A stretch of 64,000 bases of DNA from an uncultured Syntrophaceae bacterium. Its GTDB lineage: Bacteria > Desulfobacterota > Syntrophia > Syntrophales > UBA2192. Location of the stretch: positions 9,367 to 73,366 of the forward strand of contig CAZPCN010000011.1 in NCBI GenBank assembly GCA_964585095.1, written 5' to 3'. Shown here in pieces: positions 62,929 to 64,000 of the stretch (position 1 is the first letter of the stretch; each line of letters begins with the position of its first letter). The notes under the pieces are model-generated. The model searched no databases and had not been told where the DNA came from. It saw nothing but the letters and a program-made list of their open reading frames with translations. Both the position numbers and the translations under genes were made by a program.

Positions 62929-64000
62929 ATGAAACGAACCGGATGGATCCGCCTGCTGTGCTCCCTGGTCCTTGCGGCCGTGCTGGCCGGCCAGACGGCC
63001 TGGGCGGGCGGGATTTCGCTCTATGAGTTCGGATCGCCCGACGTGGGGCTTGCCGCGGCGGGCTACGCCGCTCGCGCACAGGACGCTGCGACGGTGTTCA
63101 CAAACCCGGCGGGAATGAGCCGCCTGGATAAGTCGCAGGTTTTGGGCGGCCTGCAGGCGCTCTACGGCAACATCGAGTTCAGCCCCGGCGCAGCCACGAA
63201 CGTCTCCGGGGGCGACGGCGGGGTTGCCGTGGGCTGGATTCCCGGGGGCAGCGCCTTCATCGTCCAGAAGCTCAACCCCGACTGGAGCGTGGGCTTCGGC
63301 GTCCTGTCCTACTTCGGCCTGGCCGAGAGCTACGACGACAACTGGGTCGGCCGCTACTACGTGAAGAACTCCTCGCTCCTGGGCCTCACGCTCACTCCCG
63401 CCGTCAGCTACCGGGTGAACAACTGGCTCTACCTGGGCGCGGGGCTGAACCTCATGTACGGGGCCGTCGACAGCGAGATCGCCGTCAACAACATCGGGGA
63501 GGCACGGCCTGACGGGCAGCTCAAGTACTCCGACCGGCAGTGGGGCTACGGCGGCAATTTCGGGATCCTCGTGGAGCCGAAGCCGGGGACGCGCTTCGGG
63601 CTCACATACCTGACGGAAGTGAAGCTCGACTTCGCGGCGGCGCCCGAATTCAGCGGCCTGGGCCCCATCCTCCAGGCTCTCCTGGTCAGCCGGGGTCTGA
63701 CGGCGAGCGACATGGACCTGTCCATGACGGTCCCCCAGATGGTCATGTTCAGTGCCTATCACGAGATCAACTCGAAGTGGGCCGTCATGGGCAACGTGGG
63801 CTGGCAGGACTGGTCGCAGTTCGGAAAGGTCGACGTGGAGATCAACACGAGCAACCCCACGAGCCTGACTGTGAACAACGACTACAATGACACGTGGCAC
63901 GCAGCCCTGGGAGTCCAGTACCGGCATTCGCCTGCCTGGACCTTCTCCTGCGGGATGGCCTACGACAGCTCCGCCGTGGACAACGACAAGCGCTCCGTCG
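62929..64000 (+). CDS. FadL/TodX-family outer-membrane hydrophobic-compound channel (3' end lies outside the window)
   Basis: This gene is not in the ORF track because no stop codon lies in the window. My own translation from the ATG at 62929 (AAAGGAGG 8 nt upstream) gives MKRTGWIRLLCSLVLAAVLAGQTAWAGGISLYEFGSPDVGLAAAGYAARAQDAATVFTNPAGMS, which has a FadL-type N-terminus with an NPAG motif. The frame stays open to nt 64000. Confidence 0.75.
   Translation, partial: MKRTGWIRLLCSLVLAAVLAGQTAWAGGISLYEFGSPDVGLAAAGYAARAQDAATVFTNPAGMSRLDKSQVLGGLQALYGNIEFSPGAATNVSGGDGGVAVGWIPGGSAFIVQKLNPDWSVGFGVLSYFGLAESYDDNWVGRYYVKNSSLLGLTLTPAVSYRVNNWLYLGAGLNLMYGAVDSEIAVNNIGEARPDGQLKYSDRQWGYGGNFGILVEPKPGTRFGLTYLTEVKLDFAAAPEFSGLGPILQALLVSRGLTASDMDLSMTVPQMVMFSAYHEINSKWAVMGNVGWQDWSQFGKVDVEINTSNPTSLTVNNDYNDTWHAALGVQYRHSPAWTFSCGMAYDSSAVDNDKRSV

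Overview
This is a 64-kb chromosomal segment from a high-GC bacterium. Spot counts of single 60-nt lines give about 65-67% GC in the core genes. The gene content includes TrmFO, type III pantothenate kinase, CarD, a PIN/TRAM-IspD-IspF cluster, a two-gene SufC-SufB/D system, FeoB, Zur/Fur/DtxR regulators and an anaerobic sulfatase maturase. That points to an anaerobic Desulfobacterota/deltaproteobacteria-like lineage, but this is a low-confidence inference. I call 60 protein-coding genes, which are mostly housekeeping genes in conserved clusters: trpS-scpA-scpB-rluB, zur-znuACB, feoB-dtxR-fur, pcm-nlpD, carD-PIN/TRAM-ispD-ispF, mutL-miaA, valS-nadC-birA-coaX and dprA-topA-trmFO. I also call one four-tRNA operon (Arg-TCT, His-GTG, Arg-TCG, Lys-CTT), several sigma70-type promoters, a Fur box, a candidate Zur box and five intrinsic terminators. 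I saw no rRNA, CRISPR array, transposase, integrase or phage genes. Four signals are not explained by ordinary annotation. (1) A family of short-period G-rich tandem arrays occupies many intergenic spacers. Twelve are GGGTNNN heptad arrays, almost always on the sense strand and starting at or within a few nt of the upstream stop codon. They fit the G-quadruplex rule, and two are paired as inverted arrays around AT-rich cores. Two related octamer families also occur. (2) A cofactor-independent phosphoglycerate mutase has the two halves of its sequence in swapped order (circular permutation), with the catalytic motifs intact. (3) A lower-GC block lies next to the tRNA operon. It encodes a DUF1254/DUF1214 lipoprotein, a Ser-type sulfatase, its radical-SAM maturase, a small secreted protein and a FadL-type outer-membrane channel. 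(4) Smaller oddities include a radical-SAM protein with a CX4CX2C cluster motif, a duplicated di-PAS module in a histidine kinase and several conserved-looking hypothetical proteins. All calls come from reading the sequence and the ORF translations. No database search was run.
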